Virus record (IMG/VR): IMGVR_UViG_3300044759_000077
Location: 1 to 33,876 of that record
DNA from: a virus
Taxonomy: Duplodnaviria > Caudoviricetes
DNA: 33,876 nucleotides
Strand: one strand, 5' to 3'
This document shows positions 17,212-25,008 of the stretch, piece after piece. The notes beneath the pieces are model-generated. The model had not been told where the DNA came from. It saw only the letters and a list, made by a program, of their open reading frames with translations, and did no database searches. Position 1 is the first letter of the stretch, and each line of letters opens with the position of its first letter. A program made the translations under genes and the position numbers.

Positions 17212-17702
17212 TGTCCGTCGGCGCGCAGATGCTGCGGCCGGCTGCCGTGATCGTCGAGCCGGACCACGGCCGGGAAGGCCCGGCGGTGGTCCGCAACCGG
17301 GCCCTGGCGAAAGTCCAGACCCCGTGGACGGCGTGGCTCGACGACGACGACGAGCTGTACCCCGACCACCTGAAGCTGCTCGCGCGCTTCGCCCGGCTGG
17401 GCCGGCTCGACGTCGCCTACTCCGGCTGGGACGGCGAGGACCCGACCGGCATGTTCGGCCAGCCCTTCGACCCGATCCTGCTCCAGCGGGCCAACTACAT
17501 CCCGGTCACCACGCTGTGCCGGGTCGAGGCGGTCCGGGCCGCCGGTGGCTTCCAGGACCACCCCGACGAGCACGGCGCGCCGTGCGAGGACTGGGGGCTG
17601 TGGCTGGCCATGGTCGAGCAGGGTGCCCGCTTCGGCCACCTACCGGTCCGGACGTGGCGGCTATATCCCGGCGGCACCAAGGGGAGGACGGACGCATGGT
17701 GA
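17151..17702 (+). CDS. GT2 family glycosyltransferase
   Basis: GGAGG SD; ITVVIPT, VRNRAL, WLDDDDEL and EDWGLWL. Confidence 0.88.
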   Translation: MDITVVIPTVPGRDTLHRALMSVGAQMLRPAAVIVEPDHGREGPAVVRNRALAKVQTPWTAWLDDDDELYPDHLKLLARFARLGRLDVAYSGWDGEDPTGMFGQPFDPILLQRANYIPVTTLCRVEAVRAAGGFQDHPDEHGAPCEDWGLWLAMVEQGARFGHLPVRTWRLYPGGTKGRTDAW

Positions 17703-17989
17703 TCCTCCGCCGCCACTGGCAGTGCCCGAACTGCCCCAAGACCCTCTCGACCGAGGACCCCAGGCAGCCGTACCACCCGTGCCCCGGGCTGGCCGGACTG
17801 ACGGCCCCGCTCGTCGCGGCCGGCACCAAAGCGAAGGTCGAGGCCGTCGAACGCGGGGACTGGGTCGGCACCGAACAGGTCCAGACCGACGGCAACGGCC
17901 GGCCGGTGATGGCGATCGTGACAACCCGCGACGACGGCCAGGACTGTGCCGTGCTCGCACCCACCGCCCGAGCGTCCAGGAGGGACTGA
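17696..17989 (+). CDS. small zinc-binding hypothetical protein
   Basis: GGAGGA SD; WQCPNC...HPC...C. Confidence 0.7.
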   Translation: MVILRRHWQCPNCPKTLSTEDPRQPYHPCPGLAGLTAPLVAAGTKAKVEAVERGDWVGTEQVQTDGNGRPVMAIVTTRDDGQDCAVLAPTARASRRD

Positions 17990-17991
17990 CC

Positions 17992-18465
17992 GTGGCCTGG
18001 TCGAACAGCAAGATCTTCCGGCAGTTCCTCGCCGACGCCGTGCTCAACGTCGCGGCGTTCGACCTGGACACGGACAGCTTCAAGGTGGCCCTGTACGACA
18101 ACGACATCACCCCCGACAACGACGTCACCGCGGCCAACTCGGCATACAACGTGGGCCAGTGGGCGACCACCGGCAACGAGGTGTTCGAGGCGGGCCAGTG
18201 GGCGCAGGCCGGGGTGGCGTTGACGTCGCCGGCCATCAACGTCGGCACCGCCGACGTGGTGTTCTGGGACGCCGCCGACACCGCGTCCGGGTCGGCGGCG
18301 GACCTCGCGGCCGTGTTCGGCTGCCTCGTCTACGACGACACCCTGACCACACCTGTCGCCGACCAGGGCATTTGCTACAACTACTTCGGTGGATCAAACA
18401 GCGTCGTCAACGGGACGTTCACTGTGGTCTGGAACGCCAACGGAATATGGCGCATCACGTTGTGA
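17992..18465 (+). CDS. putative virion structural protein (fibre base or decoration type)
   Basis: AGGAGG SD. beta-rich pattern DLDTDSFKVALY...NEV...WDAAD...LVYDDT...FGG...FTVVWNANGI, as seen in phage structural modules. Confidence 0.65.
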   Translation: MAWSNSKIFRQFLADAVLNVAAFDLDTDSFKVALYDNDITPDNDVTAANSAYNVGQWATTGNEVFEAGQWAQAGVALTSPAINVGTADVVFWDAADTASGSAADLAAVFGCLVYDDTLTTPVADQGICYNYFGGSNSVVNGTFTVVWNANGIWRITL

Positions 18466-18506
18466 TTTCAAGGCACCGGTAAGACGAATCCCTGGGGAGG
18501 AACCGC

Positions 18507-18806
18507 GTGACCGTCGGCATCCAGATCAGCCAAGCCGAGATCAACAACCAGGCCGGCGCCCTCGCGCGGTCGGTCTTCAACTCGCTCGAGAACGTCCGAC
18601 AATTCAAAGCCTGGCTCGACGGCCTGTCCGCCCAGGACCTGGCGACCGGCTACGGCTTCAGCGTCGGCGACGCCAACGTGCTCAAGTCGGCGTTCACCGA
18701 CCTCGGCGACCTGGCCGGGATCTTCCAGGGCTCGGCGGCCGTGGCCACCCTGCCCCACGACTACCGGGTCTTCGCCAAACAGCTCCTCGGGACCGGGCTC
18801 TTCTGA
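18507..18806 (+). CDS. hypothetical protein, probably structural
   Basis: GGAGGA SD; 99 aa, helical. Confidence 0.7.
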   Translation: MTVGIQISQAEINNQAGALARSVFNSLENVRQFKAWLDGLSAQDLATGYGFSVGDANVLKSAFTDLGDLAGIFQGSAAVATLPHDYRVFAKQLLGTGLF

Positions 18807-18827
18807 CCGCGGGGGGCGGTGTGACAG

Positions 18828-20288
18828 ATGGCCACACCGCCCACCCTCGAAGCCGAGTACGAGACGGCATGGTCGGCGGTCGGCGCCGGCGCCAAGACCG
18901 CCTCCGTCACCGTCGCAGCCGGGGACGTCCTGGCCATCTTCGGGATGACCGAGTCCAACACCTACACGCTGGCCACCCCCACCGGTGGCGGGCTCACCTA
19001 CACCCTCGAACAGTCCATCGTGGCCGCCGACTACTGCACCTGCTACGTGTGGACCGCGACGTCGGGCTCTTCGCAGACCTTCACGTTGTCGATCACCATG
19101 TCCGGCGGTACCGGGTTCTGGGGTTGGAACGCCCTGCGCTGGTCGGGCAGCGACGGCATCGGGGCCTCGACGAAGACGAACGTCTCCTCCGGTGCGCCGA
19201 GCCTGGCGCTGACCACCGGCACCGACAACTCCGCGATTGTCGCCGCGAACGGCGACTGGAACGCGGTCGACGGCGCGTCCCGGACGTGGCGGACCATCAA
19301 CTCGATCACCCCGGCGACCAACCTCGCCGGAGGTGAGGCCACCTACGCCCGCGACGGCGCGCGGGCCACCGTGTACGGGGCGTACTGGTCCAATGCCGGC
19401 ACCGCAGGCAGCAAGACCACCGGCCTGTCCGCGCCGGGCGCCCAGAAGTACTCGATCATCGCCGTCGAGGTCAAGGGCACCTCCGCGTCGGCCACCAACG
19501 CCGCCGCAGAGACGGCCACCGCCGCAGGTGCGGCCCAGACCCCGACCACCGCGGGCGCGCCGGTCGTCGAGGCGGCCACCGCGAGCGCCGCGGCGCAGGA
19601 CGCCACCGTCACCACCGCGGTCATCGTCACCGCCGAATGCGCCACGGCGGCAGCGGCCGCGCAGGACCCGACCATCCGGGTAGCGCCGGTCGTCGAGGCC
19701 GCCGGTGGTACCGCGGTCGCGAACGACGCCACCGTCGAGACCGGCGCCGACACCAACGCCACCGCCGAGGCCGCCACCGCCACCGGAGCGGCACACGACC
19801 CGTCCGCTGCCGTCGCACCCGTCGTCGAGGCGGCCGAGGCCTCCGGCGTGGCGCAAGACGCCATCGGCGGCAGCGTCGTCGTCGCCCAGGCCGAAACCGC
19901 CAGCGGGTCGGCCAGCTACGACACCACCACCGCCCTCGCCCCACCGGCCGAAGCAGCCACCGCGGCCGCGGCCGGCGAGGACCTCACCGCCGCGGTAGCG
20001 CCCGTGGTCGAATGCGCCACCGCCACGTCGGAGAACGCGGACGCCACCGTCACCGCCGGCTCAGGCACCAACGCCCAAGCCGAATGCGCCACCGGATCAG
20101 CCGCCGCCGACCACGGCCTGATCGCCCTGTTCGCGCAGGTCGAAGCGGCCCTGGCCGAAGCGCTCGCCTACCAGACCGTCGCCGCTGAGACACCCGGCCT
20201 GTCCTACCCCGCCGTCATGGACCGCCGCACCTCCGCACCCGCGGTCGGCTCCGCCGCCGCCTCCGCTCCGGCCGTGACGGGAGGGTGA
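18828..20288 (+). CDS. putative virion fibre: beta-rich N-terminal domain plus Ala/Thr-rich repeat stalk
   Basis: About 215-aa Thr/Ser/Gly/Trp-rich domain, then about 11 repeats of [A/V]E[T/A/C]ATAxxAAxDxT. Confidence 0.65.
   Translation: MATPPTLEAEYETAWSAVGAGAKTASVTVAAGDVLAIFGMTESNTYTLATPTGGGLTYTLEQSIVAADYCTCYVWTATSGSSQTFTLSITMSGGTGFWGWNALRWSGSDGIGASTKTNVSSGAPSLALTTGTDNSAIVAANGDWNAVDGASRTWRTINSITPATNLAGGEATYARDGARATVYGAYWSNAGTAGSKTTGLSAPGAQKYSIIAVEVKGTSASATNAAAETATAAGAAQTPTTAGAPVVEAATASAAAQDATVTTAVIVTAECATAAAAAQDPTIRVAPVVEAAGGTAVANDATVETGADTNATAEAATATGAAHDPSAAVAPVVEAAEASGVAQDAIGGSVVVAQAETASGSASYDTTTALAPPAEAATAAAAGEDLTAAVAPVVECATATSENADATVTAGSGTNAQAECATGSAAADHGLIALFAQVEAALAEALAYQTVAAETPGLSYPAVMDRRTSAPAVGSAAASAPAVTGG
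19490..20180 (+). repeat. degenerate coding repeats of about 20-24 aa
   Basis: APVVE occurs 4 times, interleaved with AE[T/C/A]AT units. Boundaries are approximate. Confidence 0.7.
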
Positions 20289-21184
20289 TGAGCTCCCAGA
20301 TCTTCTTCGAGTCCGCCACCGAACTCGCGACGCTGACCAACACCTTCGAGGTCGACGACGTCCCCACCGACCCCTCGACGGTCACCCTCACCGTCACCCC
20401 GCCGTCCGGCACCGCCACCAGCTACACCTACGCGGCAAGCGAGATCACCAAGGTCGGAACGGGGCAGTACCGCAAGGACATCGCCTGCACCGAGGACGGC
20501 GTCTGGCTGTACCTCTGGATCGGCACCGGAACGGCTGCGGATGTGGTCGCCGGTACGTGGTTGGTGTCCAGCACCGACCTGCAGAACCTCTACTGCACCC
20601 CGGAGATGCTCAAAGGCCGGACCGGGATCACCGACAACCACGACGACGCCGAAATCCTGGGCGCCTGCATGGCGACCGCCCGGTGGATCGACGAGGACTA
20701 CTGCGAACGGTTCTTCTACCGTTACACCGCGACCCTCGTTCTGCCGGCCGCGGATCTGTACTGCCTGAAGATCCCGGACCTGGTATCGGTGACCACCCTG
20801 AAGACAGACGAGGACGGCGACGGCGTCTTCGAAACCACGTGGTCGGCCTCGGACTACCAACTCCGCCCGGTCAATGCGCAGGCACTGCTGGTGAAGAAGC
20901 CGTACACGGAGATCAAGGCCCTCGCCCGCACCTTCCCCGTCGTCTCCTACGCGCCCGGCGTGCGCGTCGAGCGGGTGGAGATCGTCGGCGTGTGGGGTTG
21001 GCCGGCGGTCCCGGCACCGATCACGGAGGCGGCGAAGATCCTGGCCGGCGACTACCTGAAGCTCGGCGGCATGGCGTTCGGCGTCGCCGGCTACGGGGAC
21101 TACGGCGCGGTCCGGGCCCGGATGTCCTCGCCGGCGATGAAGATGCTCGACCCGTTCCGCCTGCATCCGGTGCTGATGGCCTGA
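20288..21184 (+). CDS. head-to-tail adaptor (gp6-like) with an extra N-terminal Ig/BppU-like domain
   Basis: C-terminal YCTPEMLK...ARWIDEDYCERFF...WGWPAVPAPITEA...FGVAG. N-terminal PTDPSTVTLTVTPPSG...TGQYRKD...GVWLYLW. The start is 20285 or 20288. Confidence 0.78.
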   Translation: MSSQIFFESATELATLTNTFEVDDVPTDPSTVTLTVTPPSGTATSYTYAASEITKVGTGQYRKDIACTEDGVWLYLWIGTGTAADVVAGTWLVSSTDLQNLYCTPEMLKGRTGITDNHDDAEILGACMATARWIDEDYCERFFYRYTATLVLPAADLYCLKIPDLVSVTTLKTDEDGDGVFETTWSASDYQLRPVNAQALLVKKPYTEIKALARTFPVVSYAPGVRVERVEIVGVWGWPAVPAPITEAAKILAGDYLKLGGMAFGVAGYGDYGAVRARMSSPAMKMLDPFRLHPVLMA

Positions 21185-21185
21185 C

Positions 21186-21626
21186 ATGGCGACGATCTCC
21201 GCTATCCGGGATGGCATCGCCACCCGGCTCGCCGCCCTGACCACCGATGCCCACGCCGTGCGGGTCGTCGACGAGTTCGGCGGCAGCATCAACGTGTCCG
21301 GCTCGGCCAGCGTCGCCGTGGTCGAGTACGCCGGCGCCACCTACGACTCGGCCTTCGACGGCCAGGGCGACGCCCTGAACTTCACCGTCACCCTGCTGGT
21401 GGGCAAGCTGTCCGACCGGGCCGGCCGGTTGAAGATCGACGCGCTGAGCGACCCGACGCCCAACTCCACCACCTCCGTGCGGGCGGCCGTCACCGGCAAC
21501 CTCGGCGGTGTCGTGTCCTTCGCCACGGTCACCACCTCCAGCGGCTACCGCGAGTACGAGATCGGCACCGGCCCCGAAGCGCAGGCGTACCTGGGGGTCG
21601 AGTTCACGGTGGCGGTGATGACGTGA
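21186..21626 (+). CDS. tail terminator/completion protein
   Basis: Follows the adaptor; ISAIRDGIATRL at the N-terminus and YLGVEFTVAV at the C-terminus. Confidence 0.65.
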   Translation: MATISAIRDGIATRLAALTTDAHAVRVVDEFGGSINVSGSASVAVVEYAGATYDSAFDGQGDALNFTVTLLVGKLSDRAGRLKIDALSDPTPNSTTSVRAAVTGNLGGVVSFATVTTSSGYREYEIGTGPEAQAYLGVEFTVAVMT

Positions 21627-21659
21627 GGAAGTGTCGTACTCGGATGAGAGGGTGAGTCG

Positions 21660-21722
21660 ATGGGGCCCGGCGGGTGCGCTAACACCCCCGGGCTGGGGCC
21701 GACTGATACGGAGTCGACGTGG
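21660..21722 (-). ncRNA. candidate SymR-like cis-antisense RNA over the HNH RBS and start
   Basis: The minus strand reads CAC-GTCGACT-CCGTATC-AGTCGGC, then the hairpin GCCCGG-GGGTG-TTAGCG-CACCC-G-CCGGGC. A minus-strand -10 TACTCT lies at 21726-21731. Confidence 0.45.
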
Positions 21723-22291
21723 AACAGAGTAGCTGCCGTGTTGCGGGCTGCCCCAAGTTTCGGCGGTACCCGAACATTGATCTCTGCAATGCGCACTACC
21801 TGCGCAAACAACGCTACGGCGATCCGCTGGGGGCCGCGCCACCGCGGCCAACCACTCGCGAGCGCTTCGACTCCAAGGTTGTCAAGGCCACCTCGGGATG
21901 CTGGGAGTGGACCGGCGCGCATTTCCAGGCCACTGGATACGCCGTCTTCACGATGCGTTCGTCCGATGGAAAGTGGCGCCCGTACACCGGCCATAGCATC
22001 GCGTACCGGCTGTACGTCGGCGACGTGCCGGACGGCATGTGGCTCGACCACCTCTGCCGGAACAGGGGATGCGTCAACCCGGCCCACCTCGAACCAGTTA
22101 CGCCGCAGGACAACGTGCTGCGGGGGTACTCGCCGGCCCCGGTGAGCGTGCGGGCGAACCGGTGCCACCGCGGCCACGAGTTCACGCCCGAGAACACCTA
22201 CACCAAGACCAAGCCAAACGGGCGCACCAAGCGCGAGTGCCGACAGTGTCAGCGGATGCGCGAGCAGAGGCGGCCGACCCGAAGGCGCTGA
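21719..22291 (+). CDS. HNH homing endonuclease (HNH_3-like)
   Basis: LCNAHY, CWEWTG, HSIAY, LDHLCRNRGCVNPAHLEPVT and CHRGHEFTPENTY...CRQC. Confidence 0.9.
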   Translation: MEQSSCRVAGCPKFRRYPNIDLCNAHYLRKQRYGDPLGAAPPRPTTRERFDSKVVKATSGCWEWTGAHFQATGYAVFTMRSSDGKWRPYTGHSIAYRLYVGDVPDGMWLDHLCRNRGCVNPAHLEPVTPQDNVLRGYSPAPVSVRANRCHRGHEFTPENTYTKTKPNGRTKRECRQCQRMREQRRPTRRR

Positions 22292-22312
22292 GACAAAACG
22301 CAGGAGGGGTGC

Positions 22313-23336
22313 ATGCGGGTCCTCGCCTGTGAACCAGGCCCGAACTTTCTCGGTGCGGGACTGTCATGTCGGCTACGTCGAAGCACTTCGGGCCGCTGGG
22401 CAGACCGTGGTCGAGTACCCGCTGGGCTCGGCCCTCACCTTCTACGACTCCGTCCTCGTGCAGCACGGCGCACAGACCTTCCGCAAGGCGCTCACCGCAG
22501 AGCAGGCAACCCACCTCGCCGCCGACCGACTCGCCGGTGCGTTGTACAAGGTCCGGCCCGACGTGCTGCTGCTCACGAGCGGTTTCTTCATCGACTACGA
22601 CCTGCTCGACGTGGCCCGCCGCGATGGCGTGAAGGTTGTGGCGGTCCTGACCGAGCAGCCGTACGAGCTGACCCGGGAGTTGGACCTCGCGCGGCACTGC
22701 GACGTGGTGCTGCTCACCGACCCGATCAACCTCGCCCGCTTCGCCGAGGTGTGCACCGCCGTCCACGCACCGCACTGCTACCGGCCCACCGTCCACACCC
22801 CGGGCCCGCCCGATCCGGCGCTGGCCTGCGACTTCGCCTTCGTCGGCACCGGCTACCAGTCACGAATCGCCTGGTTCGAGGCGATGGGCCTGGACGGCCT
22901 GGACGTGCTGCTGGCCGGCAACTGGCAGCAGCTCACCGAGGACTCGCCGCTGCGCCGGTACGTGTCCACCACCCCCGAGGACTGCCTCGACAACACCGAC
23001 ACCGTCGACGTCTACCGCTCGGCGCAGGTCGGGATCAACCTCTACCGGCGCGAAGCCGAGGCGGGTGCGGTCAACGGGTGGGCGGTCGGGCCGCGCGAGG
23101 TGGAGATGGCCGCCATCGGCGCGTTCTTCCTGCGCGACTCCCGGCCCGAGGGTGACGAGCTGTTCGCGTCCCTGCCGGTCTTCCGCAGCCCCGTCGAGGC
23201 CGGGGAGCAGCTCCGCTGGTGGCTGCGTCACCCCGGCGCCCGGGTGACCGCGGCGCTCAAAGCGCGTGAGGCCATCCAAGACCGCACGTTCGACCACGCT
23301 GCCGCGCGCCTGCTGCGGCTACTGGACAAGGAGTAG
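22313..23336 (+). CDS. GT-B glycosyltransferase (CgeB/YkvP-like) with an apparent +1 frameshift at codon 12
   Basis: AGGAGG SD before ATG 22313 (MRVLACEPGPNF). The sequence continues in the +1 frame as SVRDCHVGY...DFAFVGTGYQSR...GINLYRRE...GPREVEMAA...RTF. Confidence 0.8.
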
Positions 23337-23339
23337 ACC

Positions 23340-23738
23340 GTGGCCAAGATCGCTGGGCGGAACGCGGCAATTTACCTCGGGCAGACCACCTCGGCGACGG
23401 CCAGCCCCCTCACCTACAAGAACTCGTGGTCGATCAGCTTCGAGTCGGAGAAGATCGACGTCACCACCTTCGGGGACCAGACCAAGACCTACGTCACGGG
23501 CATCGCCGACGCGATGGGCGAGCTGGCCGGCTTCTACGACGACGCGAGCAACCAGTCGTACACCGCGGCCATCGACGGGCTGGCTCGGCGTTTTTACCTT
23601 TACCCGAACAGCAACACCGCATCCCAGTACTTCTTCGGCACGGTGTTCATCGACATGTCGATCAACGGCACGGTGGCGGGTGCGGTCGAGGTGTCGGCGA
23701 AGTGGAACGCTGCGACGGTCGTTCAGAAGGTGGGGTAA
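23340..23738 (+). CDS. major tail (tube) protein
   Basis: AAGGAG SD; IAGRNAAIY, WSISFESEKIDVTTFGD.TKTYV.G and GFYDD. Confidence 0.82.
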   Translation: MAKIAGRNAAIYLGQTTSATASPLTYKNSWSISFESEKIDVTTFGDQTKTYVTGIADAMGELAGFYDDASNQSYTAAIDGLARRFYLYPNSNTASQYFFGTVFIDMSINGTVAGAVEVSAKWNAATVVQKVG

Positions 23739-23752
23739 AAGTCCGGTGCGGC

Positions 23753-23794
23753 GCGCTGCCACCGGTGGGGTCGCCGTGGCGCTGCCACCGGTGG
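23753..23794. repeat. two 16-bp direct repeats, each containing the palindrome CCACCGGTGG
   Basis: GCGCTGCCACCGGTGG at 23753 and 23779, with a degenerate third copy at 23801. Confidence 0.75.
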
Positions 23795-23814
23795 TAGTGA
23801 GCGCTGCACCAGCC

Positions 23815-23958
23815 GGGATCAGGCACGACAACCGACCGGAAAATCTGGAGTTGTGGGTGAGCACACGTACGGGCCAGCGAGTCGATGACCTGCTGCGGTT
23901 CGTCGTCGAGCAGTACCCGGCTCGCTTGGCCGAGATCTTCGCGGAGGCCAAGACGTGA
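23815..23958 (+). pseudogene. C-terminal remnant of an HNH endonuclease
   Basis: GIRHDNRPENLELW...GQRVDDL, lacking the preceding His residues and any credible start. Confidence 0.7.
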
Positions 23959-24461
23959 TCCGGGTGACCGTCCGCGGCGAGCAGGGGCTTATCGCCAACG
24001 CCCGCCGGCTCGACCAGGGCGAGAACTACCTGCGGGACAACCTCGGCCGGGCCGTGCGCCGGGCCGCGCGGCCGGTGTTGCGCGACGTCAAGCGGGCCAT
24101 CGCGACCACCCCGATCCGCGGCATCCGCACCCCGTCGCGGCGCCGGTACCGGGGCCCGTCCACCCCGAAGGGGCTGCGTGCCTCGATCGCCGCCGTCGTC
24201 GACCTGGACCTGTCCACCGGGTCCCTGTCGCCGCGCGCCCAGTTCGTCGTGCACACCGGCCGACTCGGCAAGAAGCGCCGCCTGCCTGAACTCATCGAGT
24301 CCGGCCGGCCATGGCGGCACCCGATCATGGGTAGGCGCGGCACGTGGGCCGGCTCCCAGGGCCGGCCGTGGTTCGAGGTCACCGTCCGCAAGGGGCTGCC
24401 GCAGTTCGAGCGGCGCCTCTACGAGGCCGTCAACCGCGTCTCCCGACAGCTGGAGGGCTGA
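23955..24461 (+). CDS. HK97 gp10-like neck/tail completion protein
   Basis: GGAGG SD; basic protein with GLRASIA and WRHPIMG...W...GRPWF. Confidence 0.65.
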   Translation: MIRVTVRGEQGLIANARRLDQGENYLRDNLGRAVRRAARPVLRDVKRAIATTPIRGIRTPSRRRYRGPSTPKGLRASIAAVVDLDLSTGSLSPRAQFVVHTGRLGKKRRLPELIESGRPWRHPIMGRRGTWAGSQGRPWFEVTVRKGLPQFERRLYEAVNRVSRQLEG

Positions 24462-24868
24462 TGTTCCGGTTCCGGCTGTCCGAGGACGACCGCGAAAAGT
24501 ACGGCGGCCCGGAGTGGGTCGAGTTCGACATCGCGCGCGCCGTCGAACTGCCCGTCGAGGTGCTGGAGGAGATGGAGGAGGCCACCGGGTACACCTTCCT
24601 GGTCGAACTGCCGCGCGCGCTCGAGCGGGGATCGCTCAAGGCGGTACGGGCCGCGTTGTGGCTGGCCCGACGGATCGCCGGCCTACACGAACCCGCGTTC
24701 GCCCAGTTCACGCCCCAAATGCTCCGCGCCGACGTGGAATGGGTCGATCCCGCTGATGCCGACCCCCCGGCGCCAGCGAACCGGGCGGCGAGGAGGGCCC
24801 GGCCTTCGTCCTCCCCAGCGAAAGGGACCGGGCGCAGAACCTCGCGGGCCACAAAATCAGGGACCTGA
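24461..24868 (+). CDS. tail assembly chaperone (G-like)
   Basis: GGAGGG SD; upstream of the tape measure; ALWLARRIAG followed by DADPP and a low-complexity tail. Confidence 0.75.
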   Translation: MFRFRLSEDDREKYGGPEWVEFDIARAVELPVEVLEEMEEATGYTFLVELPRALERGSLKAVRAALWLARRIAGLHEPAFAQFTPQMLRADVEWVDPADADPPAPANRAARRARPSSSPAKGTGRRTSRATKSGT

Positions 24869-25002
24869 TCGCCGCCAACTGGCCGTCGATGGCGCACCTA
24901 CTGCACGCCACGCCGCCGGTGATCCGGGCCATGTCCTACCGCGAGTTCCGCGCCGGCCTGGACTGGGTGGACAACTACTACTCGGCGCGCGGCGAGGGGT
25001 GA
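24763..25002 (+). CDS. tail assembly chaperone -1 frameshift extension (GT-like)
   Basis: The -1 frame is open from 24757 to TGA 25000-25002 (...DLIAANWPSMAHLLHATPPVIRAMSYREF...). Candidate slip site GAC CCC CCG at 24761-24769. Confidence 0.65.
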   Translation, partial: PPGASEPGGEEGPAFVLPSERDRAQNLAGHKIRDLIAANWPSMAHLLHATPPVIRAMSYREFRAGLDWVDNYYSARGEG

Positions 25003-25008
25003 TGACCG

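Noticed and set aside
11935-17702. GT cluster as a DNA hypermodification system or an antibiotic gene cluster fragment
   Set aside because: No base hydroxymethylase, TET/JBP or nucleotide-pathway gene and no PKS/NRPS lies in the window, and the genes are embedded in the virion operon. This is disfavoured but not formally excluded.
18828-20288. Repeat protein as an ice-nucleation, PE-PGRS or tape measure protein
   Set aside because: The repeat period and composition do not fit those families, and a proper TMP lies at 25009.
23753-23812. Mini CRISPR array
   Set aside because: Only two 16-bp repeats with a 10-bp spacer, and no cas genes.
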